64,000 nucleotides of DNA, from positions 1 to 64,000 of IMG/VR virus record IMGVR_UViG_3300046691_000084; one strand, 5' to 3'. How positions within the stretch are numbered: the stretch's first letter is position 1; each line of letters opens with the position of its first letter. This document shows positions 16,921 through 27,425 of the stretch, piece by piece. The notes beneath the pieces were generated by a model. That model saw only the letters and a list, made by a program, of their open reading frames with translations. It ran no database searches and was not told the origin of the DNA. Source of the stretch: a virus. Lineage: Duplodnaviria > Heunggongvirae > Uroviricota > Caudoviricetes. The translations under genes were made by a program, and so were the position numbers.

Positions 16921-17961
16921 TTACGCCAACGTTCCGTCTGCTTTTACACCACGGAATTTACCCCACACATCAGACCACGAACCACTGACAGCACCTTTGG
17001 CGTACGATGTGGCACGCGTTTCAAAGAAGTTCTCATGGTTCTGGCTGGCGATCATTTCATCAACCCATAGCAACGGGTTCTTCTTGACACCGTGAATGCC
17101 TTTCAGACCTAGGCGAATAAGACGACGATCCACAATATATTGGATATACAGCTTCAAGTCTTTCTTCTTCAGCCCACGGAACTCGTCTTCATCGCCATAT
17201 GCTTCATCGATGTAGTCGAATTCTAGTTCAGTCATGAAGTCGGCAGTCGCATAAATCTCTTGTTGAGACTCAGCGGTGTCCCACAGAGGGTTCTCCTCGA
17301 TGATGGTATCGAAGATTTTGGAGAGCCCTTCCACGTGCTTTTGTTCATCCAGGATTGACCAGGATACAATCTGACCCATACCTTTCATAACGCCCGAACG
17401 TGGGTACGTCAGGAGCATGACGAAGGTGGAGAACAGAAACATACCTTCGGTGAACGCCGAGATCCCTGCAATTTGAATCGGCAGAGCTTCTTTCTTGGTC
17501 GAGCTATTAACGATGCTCTCGAAGAAGTCATGCTTAGCCTTCATCACAGGGATTTCAAGGAATTTAGCGTAGAAGCTATCATCCTTACCAAGCGTCTCGA
17601 TCAGGTACGAGTAGGCGTCGATATGAAGCGCTTCACGGGCGGCAAAGCCCAAGAGCATCATACGGATTTCTGGTGCAGGGAAGTGTGGCAGGTAGTCCTT
17701 GATGTAACCATTAGCCACATCAACATCACCCTGGGTAAACAACAAGAAGTTGTTAGTCAGGAATTGCCGGTCCTTCTCTGTAAGCTTGCGGCTCCAATCA
17801 CGGATGTCTTCGTGAAGGGCAACCTCACGTGACAGCCAATGCATCTGTTCGTGTTCCAACCAAGCATCGTACGCCCATGGATATTGAAAGGGCTTGAAGA
17901 CGGTACGCTCTTGGAAGATTGGTGACAGCTTTTGTTTGGCTTTCATTCGCATGCTAGGCAA
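16921..17961 (-). CDS. nrdB: ribonucleotide reductase class I small subunit (NrdB-like), 346 aa
   Basis: Di-iron ligand pairs E-x-x-H (FAAREALHIDAYS and LDEQKHVEG); ferritin-like helical composition; adjacent to the large subunit. Confidence 0.75.
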   Translation of the reverse strand: MPSMRMKAKQKLSPIFQERTVFKPFQYPWAYDAWLEHEQMHWLSREVALHEDIRDWSRKLTEKDRQFLTNNFLLFTQGDVDVANGYIKDYLPHFPAPEIRMMLLGFAAREALHIDAYSYLIETLGKDDSFYAKFLEIPVMKAKHDFFESIVNSSTKKEALPIQIAGISAFTEGMFLFSTFVMLLTYPRSGVMKGMGQIVSWSILDEQKHVEGLSKIFDTIIEENPLWDTAESQQEIYATADFMTELEFDYIDEAYGDEDEFRGLKKKDLKLYIQYIVDRRLIRLGLKGIHGVKKNPLLWVDEMIASQNHENFFETRATSYAKGAVSGSWSDVWGKFRGVKADGTLA

Positions 17962-19763
17962 CCTTCGACTTCGAGTGTTTTATACGCTACTGTGGATTTA
18001 CGACGACGACTCGCGACAGCCTTGTTCATGGATTCACCATGATAGATCTTCTCGGAGCGGAAGTAGTATAGAGTCTTCTGACGACGTTTCTTGCCATCAC
18101 CTTTCCATGCCCGGTAGTGATCTAGGTGAATAACACCAAGCTCCTCGGTAGGCTTGTAACAAAGGTTTACAGACTGGGCTTGATCGATAAACGGAGCACG
18201 ATCGTTGGCGTGTTGAATCACCCAAGCCTGTTTGATTTCAGCAAACGTCTTGAAGACATCTTTCTCGTAGTCACTAAGGAATTTCAATCCTTGTGCCGAG
18301 CCAGCAGACGCAATTACAGTCGACCAAGCTTCATTATAGTCATCGTCGTTTGCACAACGCTCTGTAATGATCTTGTCAAGGAATTGGTTGCGATTCATGT
18401 AGCTACCAGACAGAGTATCCTGACGGTAACCATTGTTGCGGAATGGTTCAATGCTCGGTGAAGTGTTCCCCATGATGATCGAGGAAGACGCATTAGGAGC
18501 AATTGCGATCATATGACTGAAGCGTTTCATGACACCAGCAGATGCAGCATCTGGGCATGGACCACGCTCTACAGCAAGCTCATAGTTCACTTCATCCAGA
18601 TGCTTACGCATGCCGGAGAAGATCTGCATATTGATGGAGACAGCGAGCGCCGATTCGAAAGGGATCATTTTCGATTGGAGATACGCATGGAAACCTAAAG
18701 TACCAATACCAATGGCACGTTCACGCATTGCAGAGTAGACGGCGCGCTTGATCTTCCTTGGAGCCTTCTTGATGAAGATAGTGAGGGCATTATCCAGGAG
18801 TTCAGCGACGTCACGGTAGAACTGATGATTGTCCTTCCATTGGTCTCTGTATACGAGATTGAGCGAAGCAAGGCAGCATACGGCAGTACGATCTTTATCT
18901 GTGGCCAGGGTGATTTCTGTACAGATGTTCGACTGACATACTTCTAGACCGAGAGCCTTCTGATAATCAGGAAGATTCTCGTTAGAACGGTCCACAAAGT
19001 GCATGAACGGTTCGCCAGTACGGATACGGGTAGCGATGATCAGCTCCCATAGCATACGAGCAGATACAACTTCACGGACTTCACCGGAGTGCGGATCGAT
19101 CAACGGCCAATCATCATTCGCGTCTTCATCAAGCATACAGCGCTCGATAATCTCCATGAATGCATCAGGGATATTGACACCATGGTGAAGCTCTTGGCAA
19201 CGTTGATGCTGGTCGCCAGTAGGTTTCCGCATCTCAATGTGCGGGATAATGTTAGGGTGCCCAATGCCCAAGTAGGTAGCAAAGGAGCCACGACGAGTCT
19301 TACCTTGCCGATAAGCCAACGAGATTGCCTCGTAGACCTTATTGTGTGGCATTACACCAACAGACTTCTCATCTTCTGCACGAATGCCCATCCCAAGACC
19401 AACACCACCACCCATCATCGAGAGGTATGCCACTTCTTGCATGGTGTGAACCAGACCATCAGCGTCATCAGGGATATACGACAGATAACAACTGATCGGC
19501 AGCGCACGTTTGTTCAGACCGTACGACAGAATCGGCGTACTAAAGCTGAGCCAATGCATACTGGCATAATCATAAATTCGTTGTGCATGGGCCGGATTAG
19601 AAGCCAATGCGCGTGCTACATAAGAGTAACGATCTTGTGGAGATTTCTCCTCTTTACGCATATACGAATCTTTGAGGCGTCGCATCCCCATTTCATCGAA
19701 TAGTGCATCACGGGAGTAATCTACTTTAACTGCTGATTTAGGGATCATAATACGTCCGATCAA
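17943..19763 (-). CDS. nrdA: ribonucleotide reductase class I large subunit (short NrdA-like), 606 aa
   Basis: Active-site SNICTEI (N-x-C-x-E), CLASLNL cysteine, and a C-terminal CLAC redox tail. Confidence 0.75.
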   Translation of the reverse strand: MIGRIMIPKSAVKVDYSRDALFDEMGMRRLKDSYMRKEEKSPQDRYSYVARALASNPAHAQRIYDYASMHWLSFSTPILSYGLNKRALPISCYLSYIPDDADGLVHTMQEVAYLSMMGGGVGLGMGIRAEDEKSVGVMPHNKVYEAISLAYRQGKTRRGSFATYLGIGHPNIIPHIEMRKPTGDQHQRCQELHHGVNIPDAFMEIIERCMLDEDANDDWPLIDPHSGEVREVVSARMLWELIIATRIRTGEPFMHFVDRSNENLPDYQKALGLEVCQSNICTEITLATDKDRTAVCCLASLNLVYRDQWKDNHQFYRDVAELLDNALTIFIKKAPRKIKRAVYSAMRERAIGIGTLGFHAYLQSKMIPFESALAVSINMQIFSGMRKHLDEVNYELAVERGPCPDAASAGVMKRFSHMIAIAPNASSSIIMGNTSPSIEPFRNNGYRQDTLSGSYMNRNQFLDKIITERCANDDDYNEAWSTVIASAGSAQGLKFLSDYEKDVFKTFAEIKQAWVIQHANDRAPFIDQAQSVNLCYKPTEELGVIHLDHYRAWKGDGKKRRQKTLYYFRSEKIYHGESMNKAVASRRRKSTVAYKTLEVEGCLACE

Positions 19764-21514
19764 CCGATTGATGTGAAGTCGTCTTCACCGCCGTAGATGT
19801 GCTCTGAGGCTAGTAAACGACCTGTGTCGTAGTTGTACTTAGCACCTGGTACTGTACCTGTGAGGCCAGTATACCGGGACTTCAGTACGCGCATGAGGAT
19901 AGTGTTACGAACATCCTCAGACTCTGCTGTAAGGTCACGTGCAAAGCTGATGATATCGAAGCTGATCTGCTTGATAGAGCCAGAGCCACGAATGTCATCG
20001 ATAGATGGCAGCTTACCCTCTTCAAAGGATTTGCCGTTACTTGGTGCTTTACGCAAATGAGATACAAGCCCAATCCAAACTGGATATTTCTTAACGAGAC
20101 GGAGAAGGTCATTCATTACCTTATCTTGTGCTTCGTTACCAGTTAGATTCTCGACACCTTCTGACACCATGATAGTAATGTGGTCAACGAACAGATAACG
20201 ACATCCGCTGAGACACATATACTCTAGTTGATCAATAATCCGGTTGTCACTGACTGAGCCCTGGTGATCGAGCAATACAACTCGATCGGAACCAAAGACG
20301 GCATCAAATCCAATCTTAAGCTGGTCCAGAGGTATTTCTTCCTTCGCGGGGTTAATGCCAAGGTGCATACCAGCAAGTTTCCTTGCCGTTTCTGCTGGTG
20401 CTTCTTCAAGACTCACCACACCGACACGAACGTCATCTGGAGTTGTCTCAAGGATATTGAGCATTTCTTCCCGGAGGATGGTGGACTTACCACTACCTGT
20501 ACCCGATATAAGCAATGCGATTTCACCATATCGCTTGCCTTTCAGCTTGGTATTAATACCTGCCAATGCAGCTGAATACGGGTGAGACTCGATCTGGTTA
20601 TAATTTATCAGAGCTTCCCAGAGAGCATCTTTGCCGATGATACCGTCAGGGATATGGCGTTCAGCATCAAATACCGCCTGCATGAGAAGGCTGACACCTT
20701 CGCCATCTTCACCACCAACGCCCATGTACATTTCATTGACGTCGTTGAACTTACCAAGGCGGCTAATCTTTACCTTGTCAGCACCGATGATCTTAATAGC
20801 TTCTTTCGTCGCCTTATCACCAGCATCATCTTGGTCGAACATCAGAACAACTTCAGTGAATGTCCTGATCCAATCACGGTTCTTCAGCAATGATTTAGAC
20901 ATGACAGACGATGACAGGCCTACTGTTGGGTAGATCTTGTTGTACTTCAGGAGGCTGACCTGAGCCATTGTCAGAGTGTCAATCTCACCTTCGCAGATGA
21001 CTAGACGCTTACCACCACCTGTGAAGTGCTCACGACCGAAGAGATCATCAGACTTGCCATACCACTCAAAGTCCTTAGATGCAACTTTACGGACCTTGTA
21101 GGCATCGCCTTTCTCATATGGGTAATAGTGGTTCTGAACACCACCTGCTGTTGTGAAACTCGCCTTGACACCATAAAACTCGGTGACAGCTTTACGAACA
21201 CCACGCTCTCTGAAACCCGTAGAGCGTAGCTCTCTGACCTTATCAAGCTTAGCTTTTAGCTTCGCTCCCGTACCACCGCCACTACTTTGTGCAGGACCGC
21301 TAACTTCGTCTGTGTCGACTTCTTCAAAATTATCATCGCCGTTACTACTCACAGAACTAGAGCCCTCTTCTACACGATAGTCGTTGTCATCGAAATGACC
21401 TTTCTTAAACCAGCCTGTGCAAGAGAAGCAGAAGGAAGTGCCATCTGCATACAACCTCCGTGCGTCACTTGAGCCACATTCACAGCGGTGTTTCCCGCTT
21501 AGAATCTGAGCCAT
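19760..21514 (-). CDS. T7 gp4-like bifunctional primase-helicase, 584 aa
   Basis: N-terminal Cys4 zinc motif CECGSSD...CFSC, TOPRIM-like acidic residues, Walker A GTGSGKST, DnaB-family architecture. Confidence 0.85.
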   Translation of the reverse strand: MAQILSGKHRCECGSSDARRLYADGTSFCFSCTGWFKKGHFDDNDYRVEEGSSSVSSNGDDNFEEVDTDEVSGPAQSSGGGTGAKLKAKLDKVRELRSTGFRERGVRKAVTEFYGVKASFTTAGGVQNHYYPYEKGDAYKVRKVASKDFEWYGKSDDLFGREHFTGGGKRLVICEGEIDTLTMAQVSLLKYNKIYPTVGLSSSVMSKSLLKNRDWIRTFTEVVLMFDQDDAGDKATKEAIKIIGADKVKISRLGKFNDVNEMYMGVGGEDGEGVSLLMQAVFDAERHIPDGIIGKDALWEALINYNQIESHPYSAALAGINTKLKGKRYGEIALLISGTGSGKSTILREEMLNILETTPDDVRVGVVSLEEAPAETARKLAGMHLGINPAKEEIPLDQLKIGFDAVFGSDRVVLLDHQGSVSDNRIIDQLEYMCLSGCRYLFVDHITIMVSEGVENLTGNEAQDKVMNDLLRLVKKYPVWIGLVSHLRKAPSNGKSFEEGKLPSIDDIRGSGSIKQISFDIISFARDLTAESEDVRNTILMRVLKSRYTGLTGTVPGAKYNYDTGRLLASEHIYGGEDDFTSIG

Positions 21515-21732
21515 CAGGCCTTACCTTCAGTCACTTCTTTTGGTGGCTGTGCTTTGACTTTGTCACGCTGTGTAGCGATGGTTGCCATGAGGAACAACAG
21601 CAGAGCCAGGTTCAAGCAGTCCGTCTGAGTCAACGGTTGACCAGTAAACACCATAGCTGCAGACATATAGACGCCATAGATCAGAAGACCAAAGGCTACA
21701 ATGACAGCAATTGCAATAAATAAACTTCTCAT
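21514..21732 (-). CDS. small membrane protein, 72 aa
   Basis: Two hydrophobic helices; ATGA overlap with the primase-helicase. Confidence 0.4.
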   Translation of the reverse strand: MRSLFIAIAVIVAFGLLIYGVYMSAAMVFTGQPLTQTDCLNLALLLFLMATIATQRDKVKAQPPKEVTEGKA

Positions 21733-22226
21733 AAACGCTCCTTAAATTGCTCAAAAGCACGGATACGTTGCAAACGATCCTTGTGCCGTTCACTTATAGG
21801 CTCCTTGACACGCCAAGAAACCTTTTCTACGAGGTGATTATACCACAGATCACTCGTTGGAGCTTCTACTAAGCATAGAGACCAAGTCTCAGAATACGAC
21901 AGAGTGCCTTTGGTTTTGTATTGCTCAAGGACGATGAAGTCGAATTCTTCCTTTGGCCTCTCTGCAAACATCTCCTTCAACAGATTCGAAGATGACATGT
22001 ATTTACGCCAGTTCGATTCCACACCCTTGTTAAGCTTTCCTGCACCAAAGTAAGACTTCTTACCAAGATAGAAACGATTCAATACAGTGTCACGAATGAC
22101 ATAGATGAATCCAGCATAAGCCTTACCGCCCATCTGTTCTGGGAAGTGCCAATGCCCATTATCGAATCGCGGAAGAACAAGTTGATTCTTGCTCTCCACT
22201 TTCGGAATTGAACCAGCGTAAATCAT
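21729..22226 (-). CDS. GIY-YIG nuclease-domain protein (possible homing or structure-specific endonuclease), 165 aa
   Basis: GFIYVIRD...NRFYLGKK matches GIY-x(10-11)-YIG spacing. Confidence 0.5.
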   Translation of the reverse strand: MIYAGSIPKVESKNQLVLPRFDNGHWHFPEQMGGKAYAGFIYVIRDTVLNRFYLGKKSYFGAGKLNKGVESNWRKYMSSSNLLKEMFAERPKEEFDFIVLEQYKTKGTLSYSETWSLCLVEAPTSDLWYNHLVEKVSWRVKEPISERHKDRLQRIRAFEQFKERL

Positions 22227-23059
22227 TACCGTCCTAGCAGTTCGTTTGCCAGCGGCCAGCTCTTCAAATTGAAGTAGTCATTGTAATGCTCCTGGATATG
22301 GATCATCTTTCCATTGCTCAAGAGTTGATTGCTCCAATCTTCTTCACCATAAGAGGCAAGGTAGTTAGCAATGACAACTTCTTGACACTCTTCGTGGGTG
22401 CTGGCGAATTGCACCATGCGCTCAGAGTGAATAGGGCCGATTCCAGGGAGCCCTGGGATGTTATCTACCTGGTCACCACACAATATCTGTGCATAATAGT
22501 GGCGCATTGCTTGGAGCTCACCAACTTCAATGAGCTCCTTTTCCTTCATGCGGTAATGAAGACCTGGGATGCAGAGGAGGTCTTTATCGATCGATGCAAT
22601 GATCGGTTCATAGCCGTGCATGCGAGCTTCATTAGCCCAGATGCGAAGGTAATCATCAGCCTCACGTTCGACAGCTTCCAGCGCCATGCCACCTTGGATT
22701 GCCAGCTTACGGATGTGAGGGACGAAGTTAGCCATTTCTTTGTGATACTTGTTGGCGCTACGCTTCTGCTTGTATTCGTCGTAGATATCATCGCGAAAGT
22801 TGTTAGGGCCTTTCACTGCCATGATATATTCGTCGATGAAGAGTTTCTCACAGAGCTCTTCGACATCCTTCTGGAAGTTATCCCAGGAGTCCATCAAGTA
22901 CTGTGCATTCTCCTCTTTGGTATACTCCAGCGGAACTTTTACGCCTTCATCATCGATGCTTACAAAACCATTCAAACCCTTCTTCTTGGTCTGCCAACGA
23001 GGACGGCACGCTTTATAAGCAAATACATCACCATCGCAGATTAGGATTCGTTTAGTCAT
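22226..23059 (-). CDS. 5'-3' exonuclease / flap endonuclease (Pol I N-terminal-domain-like), 277 aa
   Basis: N-terminal ILICDGDVFAYKA resembles the LLLIDGNSLAYRA motif of 5' nucleases; acidic clusters downstream. Confidence 0.55.
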   Translation of the reverse strand: MTKRILICDGDVFAYKACRPRWQTKKKGLNGFVSIDDEGVKVPLEYTKEENAQYLMDSWDNFQKDVEELCEKLFIDEYIMAVKGPNNFRDDIYDEYKQKRSANKYHKEMANFVPHIRKLAIQGGMALEAVEREADDYLRIWANEARMHGYEPIIASIDKDLLCIPGLHYRMKEKELIEVGELQAMRHYYAQILCGDQVDNIPGLPGIGPIHSERMVQFASTHEECQEVVIANYLASYGEEDWSNQLLSNGKMIHIQEHYNDYFNLKSWPLANELLGR

Positions 23060-23354
23060 TCTTCAAGGTTCCCAATTCAGCCGCCCATCCGAAAGACGTA
23101 GCAGTACGCTCGATCTTGTCTTTGACACGATCTTGAAAAGTAGTCGATGTCATGTCAATCTTAACACCAGCTGAATCAAGTAGCGCTACAATAGCGTGCA
23201 AGTCCGCAATCTCTTCAGTAAGCTTCTGGATATTGGGTTTGTGAGAGACCGGGCAGATATGGTTTGGTGTGAACCGCAAGCATTTACCTACTTCCTGACC
23301 GATTTCAGAAGCCTCTTCACCGAGGCAAGCAAGCAGGTATTCTTTAAGATTCAT
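23052..23354 (-). CDS. possible MazG-like nucleotide pyrophosphohydrolase (~100 aa from MNLKEY)
   Basis: LACLGEEASEIGQEVGK resembles the E-E-x-x-E helix of MazG/HisE NTP-PPases; track ORF extends to 23441 but overlaps the upstream gene. Confidence 0.4.
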   Translation of the reverse strand: MNLKEYLLACLGEEASEIGQEVGKCLRFTPNHICPVSHKPNIQKLTEEIADLHAIVALLDSAGVKIDMTSTTFQDRVKDKIERTATSFGWAAELGTLKND

Positions 23355-23901
23355 ATCGTTTCCTATTGAAGAAGAGAACCAGGATAAGACGATCTGTATC
23401 GCACTTAGCTGGGTGACGTTGGTGATAATAGCAGCCATCATAGATGAAGAGACGATTGGCGACTGCTTCGGCTTTGAATGTCATCCTCCATCGACCATCG
23501 TCGACTTCAAATACACGCTTACCGCCACCTCTTTCAAATTCACCATGAGAAGGGTGACTGAAGAGGGCTGTTCCACTTTCGTGGTCGTTGATGTAGAACA
23601 CTGCAGCCATGTCACACACTTGACCATTGATTAGACCGTCAGAGTGAATTCTGAAGCCTTTATCGGTCCAATAGCTGTTTACTCTGAAGCAACTGTCTAG
23701 CAGTTCGAGCTCCATTTCAGCAGTATGTTCCACTTCAGACACCAGAGTCTTTACAAGCCAATCTGGAACCTTTGCAGCATGCATCTTGACACCACGCCCT
23801 AATGGTACATCTCCGTAAGCTGCTTCAAACGCTTCGATACGGGCGGTAGCAAACAACCCATACGGAAGCACATTATCACGGATAATCGGATTGATATTCA
23901 T
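23344..23901 (-). CDS. 2OG-Fe(II) oxygenase superfamily protein, 185 aa
   Basis: H-x-D...H triad context (RIHSDG ... HPSHGEF) plus a basic residue after it; size typical of phage P4H-like oxygenases. Confidence 0.55.
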   Translation of the reverse strand: MNINPIIRDNVLPYGLFATARIEAFEAAYGDVPLGRGVKMHAAKVPDWLVKTLVSEVEHTAEMELELLDSCFRVNSYWTDKGFRIHSDGLINGQVCDMAAVFYINDHESGTALFSHPSHGEFERGGGKRVFEVDDGRWRMTFKAEAVANRLFIYDGCYYHQRHPAKCDTDRLILVLFFNRKRYES

Positions 23902-25793
23902 TAATGGACATCATACCATGTATGGCCAATCTTAGCATCACCATCCATGATGGTAATACCGAACTTTTCAGGACCAATCTTGAAGGCGTTCTTACCGATC
24001 TCTGCAGCACGTTCAGCATGCTCTTCAGGAACCATGAAGTCAATTTCATCATGGTAGTAGATGCAAGGGATGTAAGGAATACCCTCTGCTTCGAACGTCT
24101 CCATAGTCACCATAAGTGCAGTTGAACAAGTAGCTTTCTCACAGGCCTGAAGAAGATAAACAAGTAGCTTGTGAGGGGAGTCAACATAGATACGGTTACC
24201 GGCAATGGAGGGAATATAGCCATCCCCGACTTTCCTCGTAGAGCCCCAGATTCGCTCAAGCTTATCAATCAACTCTTGGAACCCTGGTACCGCCTTAAGG
24301 AAGCCTTTCTTGAGTTTATTACCTAGCTTTGGAGAGATAGTACCAAAGATATAACTCCAGAGTTTACCACCAGAAGCACCAAACAAGAAAGCGTAGAGAA
24401 TTCGCTTAGCTTGAGAGCGCTTAACAACATAGTCGATACCCATACCTTTGAGAACATTGGTTAGAGCATCCGCGTTGTACTGGTGAATATCACCATTGAG
24501 AAGAGTGTCGATGAATTGTTCATTCTTCAAATAGTGAGCCAGACCACGAGCCTGGTTACCTGCGGAGTCACAGCCAATCAGTTTCCAACCTGGCTTACAA
24601 GCGAAGAGCTTACGCATCTCTTTGCCCCATGGCGCATCAGCACCAGGAACGTTTACAATGATCGAGTGGCGTGCACGCATAGAAGGCGTACCGATCAACA
24701 TGCAATCACCGTGAAGATTGCCATCCTCATCGATGTTCTCAAGCCATGTCTTTAGAATACCGAAGCGAGACTTAGTGGTCAAGAAGTCGAGGTACAATTT
24801 ACCGTTAGATCCCATGAACTCGAGAGAGTCTTCAGTGATCTTCGGAGTTGTATTCTCCATCTTACCAGTGTCTTCGTTACGCTTCATATTCCATTCAGTA
24901 GGCTGCCAGTCATTCCGATAGAGGAAGACCTTAACATCCTGTACAGAGTCAAGGCTTAGCGGCTCAAACAGCACACGGCTGTAAGGGCCATCGACGATAC
25001 GCTCTTCGCCTTCAAAACCCGACCACGGATCTACACCAAACCACTTAGCTGTATGTGAATCATAGCAACCTGCTAGAGTCCACTTAGGCATTTTGTGAGG
25101 GACGATACCTTTGGCCTTGTCAACAGGGATTACTTTGAGACCTAAGATCTGGTTCAGAGCATCATATGCAATGTCCATCTCTGTCTCGAACTGTGCCTTA
25201 AGTGCAATAGCGCCTTCGACATCGAACGGCCAACCATGAAGAGAAGCCTTGGCACACCACTTCGCTGCAGCTTGTTCAGCCAACAGGTAAGTCTTGATCT
25301 GAGGAGCCTTCTCAGACAGCTGCTGAAGTTCATCCAGAAGTTCTTCGTAGACCTTGAAGTTAAGATGCACGTCTCGGCGGCAATAGACCAGCATCTCAGG
25401 AGTGTATTTGCTGAAGTCATTGAAGTCAATCTTAGGTAGACCGAGGTATTCACCCCAAGCTTCCAGCGAATGTTTCGGAAAGCCAAAGCGACGATAGTTG
25501 AGGATCTGGCTAAGGATCAGCGTATCGTGCATACGGACAGACTTCGGTGGACGGTATCCGAACATCTTCTCAAGTGCTGGCAAATCATAGCCGAGGATGT
25601 TATGGCCCACAAGGAGCTTTGCGTCATCCATTACTTCTTTCCAGCCCATTTCACCAGGCAAGAATTCCAGCATTTCGCCAGTATCGATGTTGTACATCAG
25701 GACGAGCCAGAGCTGAGTCACCTTATGCAGCAGGTTGTCAGCTTCAATGTCGAATACCCAACGACCTTGCGGATAGCGCTTAGCTTCACTCAT
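23901..25793 (-). CDS. family A DNA polymerase with 3'-5' exonuclease domain (T7 gp5-like, compact), 630 aa
   Basis: Exo I FDIEAD, Exo II HNILGYD; Pol motif A region LIGCDSAGNQARGLAHYL, motif B RSQAKRILYAFLFGASG (R-x-x-x-K...Y-G), motif C YYHDEI. Confidence 0.85.
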   Translation of the reverse strand: MSEAKRYPQGRWVFDIEADNLLHKVTQLWLVLMYNIDTGEMLEFLPGEMGWKEVMDDAKLLVGHNILGYDLPALEKMFGYRPPKSVRMHDTLILSQILNYRRFGFPKHSLEAWGEYLGLPKIDFNDFSKYTPEMLVYCRRDVHLNFKVYEELLDELQQLSEKAPQIKTYLLAEQAAAKWCAKASLHGWPFDVEGAIALKAQFETEMDIAYDALNQILGLKVIPVDKAKGIVPHKMPKWTLAGCYDSHTAKWFGVDPWSGFEGEERIVDGPYSRVLFEPLSLDSVQDVKVFLYRNDWQPTEWNMKRNEDTGKMENTTPKITEDSLEFMGSNGKLYLDFLTTKSRFGILKTWLENIDEDGNLHGDCMLIGTPSMRARHSIIVNVPGADAPWGKEMRKLFACKPGWKLIGCDSAGNQARGLAHYLKNEQFIDTLLNGDIHQYNADALTNVLKGMGIDYVVKRSQAKRILYAFLFGASGGKLWSYIFGTISPKLGNKLKKGFLKAVPGFQELIDKLERIWGSTRKVGDGYIPSIAGNRIYVDSPHKLLVYLLQACEKATCSTALMVTMETFEAEGIPYIPCIYYHDEIDFMVPEEHAERAAEIGKNAFKIGPEKFGITIMDGDAKIGHTWYDVH

Positions 25794-26752
25794 TAATTAG
25801 CACCTACCAAACGAGTGTGAACATCGGCAGCTTTGATTGGATTGCAACCATTCTCCTTGTACATTATCAGGTAGGTCAGATAGAACTGAGCTTTCTTGAG
25901 CTCTTGGATGGTCGAGTCTTTGCCACCATTCCGGTCCAGGTACTTACGGATCTGCAGTTCAACAGCAGCTTCAAACTTAACAGGATCGCGCAGAGTAGGG
26001 ATCTGGCTCATCGCATCAAGCCATTGCATGTCGCCGATGTAGCCTTTGTAGTGGCTTGGATCGACAGCGGATGCAACCTTGTCGATAGGTTTAGGTGGCT
26101 GAACAGGGCCATCAGCAACTTCTAGAAGGATCTTACTAGCTTTTATTTGTTCTTGATTCGGTTGAGCCACAGAAGATACCTTCAATTCACCCTTACGACG
26201 GAGCTCTTTAAGATCGCGAAGAGCCACATAGAAGTAGTCTCGGAACACCCGAGAGTTGATCTCGAAATTCCAATCCCAACCGCTGACACGAGACACACCA
26301 GCAAACGACGGAGCATCCATTACGTCAAGCAACGGAGTGCCTTTGGTCTGATCCCCCTGGCATGCTTTGATCTGATCGACAGGTACATGCATCATGTGAT
26401 GAACCATCAGATGCCACTGATGGCGCTGAGCGAGGTATGGCTTCAGCAGCTTGTTCTCAGGGAACCCATCGATATCACAAGCAGTGTTGAAGTCCTTGAT
26501 TAAGTCAGGGAGTTGTTTCGGATTCAAGCTAAGCCAGACACGACGATTATTTGCTTCCATGAAGTCTTCAAAAGCATCAATAGCTTTGAAGATCCACTCT
26601 TTACCCATCCGCATCGAGCGAATTCGTGTTGCACCATAGTACAGGTGAAATACGGGACCTGTAACACCAAAGTTGATCTTCGTTTCTCTTAGTTCTTCTG
26701 GAGAGAAGGTAACATAACGGTTATCTTTGACGGCAACAATAATAAAGGACAT
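25793..26752 (-). CDS. hypothetical protein with C-terminal DUF3310-like segment (DPSHYKG...), 319 aa
   Basis: The PSHY-containing C-terminal region recalls phage DUF3310 from memory; the N-terminal 250 aa are unrecognised. Confidence 0.45.
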   Translation of the reverse strand: MSFIIVAVKDNRYVTFSPEELRETKINFGVTGPVFHLYYGATRIRSMRMGKEWIFKAIDAFEDFMEANNRRVWLSLNPKQLPDLIKDFNTACDIDGFPENKLLKPYLAQRHQWHLMVHHMMHVPVDQIKACQGDQTKGTPLLDVMDAPSFAGVSRVSGWDWNFEINSRVFRDYFYVALRDLKELRRKGELKVSSVAQPNQEQIKASKILLEVADGPVQPPKPIDKVASAVDPSHYKGYIGDMQWLDAMSQIPTLRDPVKFEAAVELQIRKYLDRNGGKDSTIQELKKAQFYLTYLIMYKENGCNPIKAADVHTRLVGAN

Positions 26753-26772
26753 TCGTAATCTCTTCAGGGATT

Positions 26773-26805
26773 TGATTTAAAAGGGCCACCTTGATGGTAG
26801 CCCTC
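26773..26805 (-). terminator. rho-independent terminator after the SSB-like gene
   Basis: Minus RNA GGGCUACC-AUCAA-GGUGGCCC (8-bp stem with one G-U) then UUUUAAAUC. Confidence 0.5.
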
Positions 26806-26817
26806 CCAAACTACAAC

Positions 26818-27381
26818 TTAGTACTCGTCGTCAACCTTTGGAGCAGGGTTGCTCAAAGAGTCGTCGTCAGCGCTAGAGCTCGATTCGCCCTTGCTGCCTT
26901 CTTCGAACGCTTCATCATCCTCGTCCATTTCCTGCATATCGAAGCCGTCTTCACTTTCAGTAGGCTCGTACTTGATGTGCTTGGTGACTTGCAGAGCCAT
27001 CAAAACGGTAGCCAAACCTTCTTCACCGTCGTTGGTGAATTTGTACTGGAAGATTCGGATGTTGGCAATGGAACCGTTACCCAGGGTGCGCGGATCGATA
27101 GCTTCCAAACGACCATTGACAACGTCAACAGGATCGGACTTCTCGCCGCTAGCCTTGATTGTACGACGACGCAGGTTAATACGGAAGTACAACAGTTCAG
27201 CAGTTTCTTCATCCAGTACTGGCTTCGGCTTCAGACCGAGAGCTTCCCAGGACTTCTTGACCTTAACATCTTTCGTACGTACTTGAACGTCCCAGGTAGG
27301 GTTCTTTTTGTTGTACTTAGAGTTCGGGCGTTTTGGGTCCAGTTTAGGGAACCAGATTTCGCAAGCTTTCAGAATAGCCAT
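26818..27381 (-). CDS. ssDNA-binding protein-like (T7 gp2.5-type), 187 aa, acidic C-terminal tail
   Basis: Basic N-terminal half, strongly acidic tail (...ADDDSLSNPAPKVDDEY) ending in an aromatic residue; motif A promoter-like element 45 nt upstream. Confidence 0.5.
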   Translation of the reverse strand: MAILKACEIWFPKLDPKRPNSKYNKKNPTWDVQVRTKDVKVKKSWEALGLKPKPVLDEETAELLYFRINLRRRTIKASGEKSDPVDVVNGRLEAIDPRTLGNGSIANIRIFQYKFTNDGEEGLATVLMALQVTKHIKYEPTESEDGFDMQEMDEDDEAFEEGSKGESSSSADDDSLSNPAPKVDDEY

Positions 27382-27425
27382 GGAGAATAAACCTTAATAT
27401 TGAAGATGGAGAAAGAGCCCTGGAA

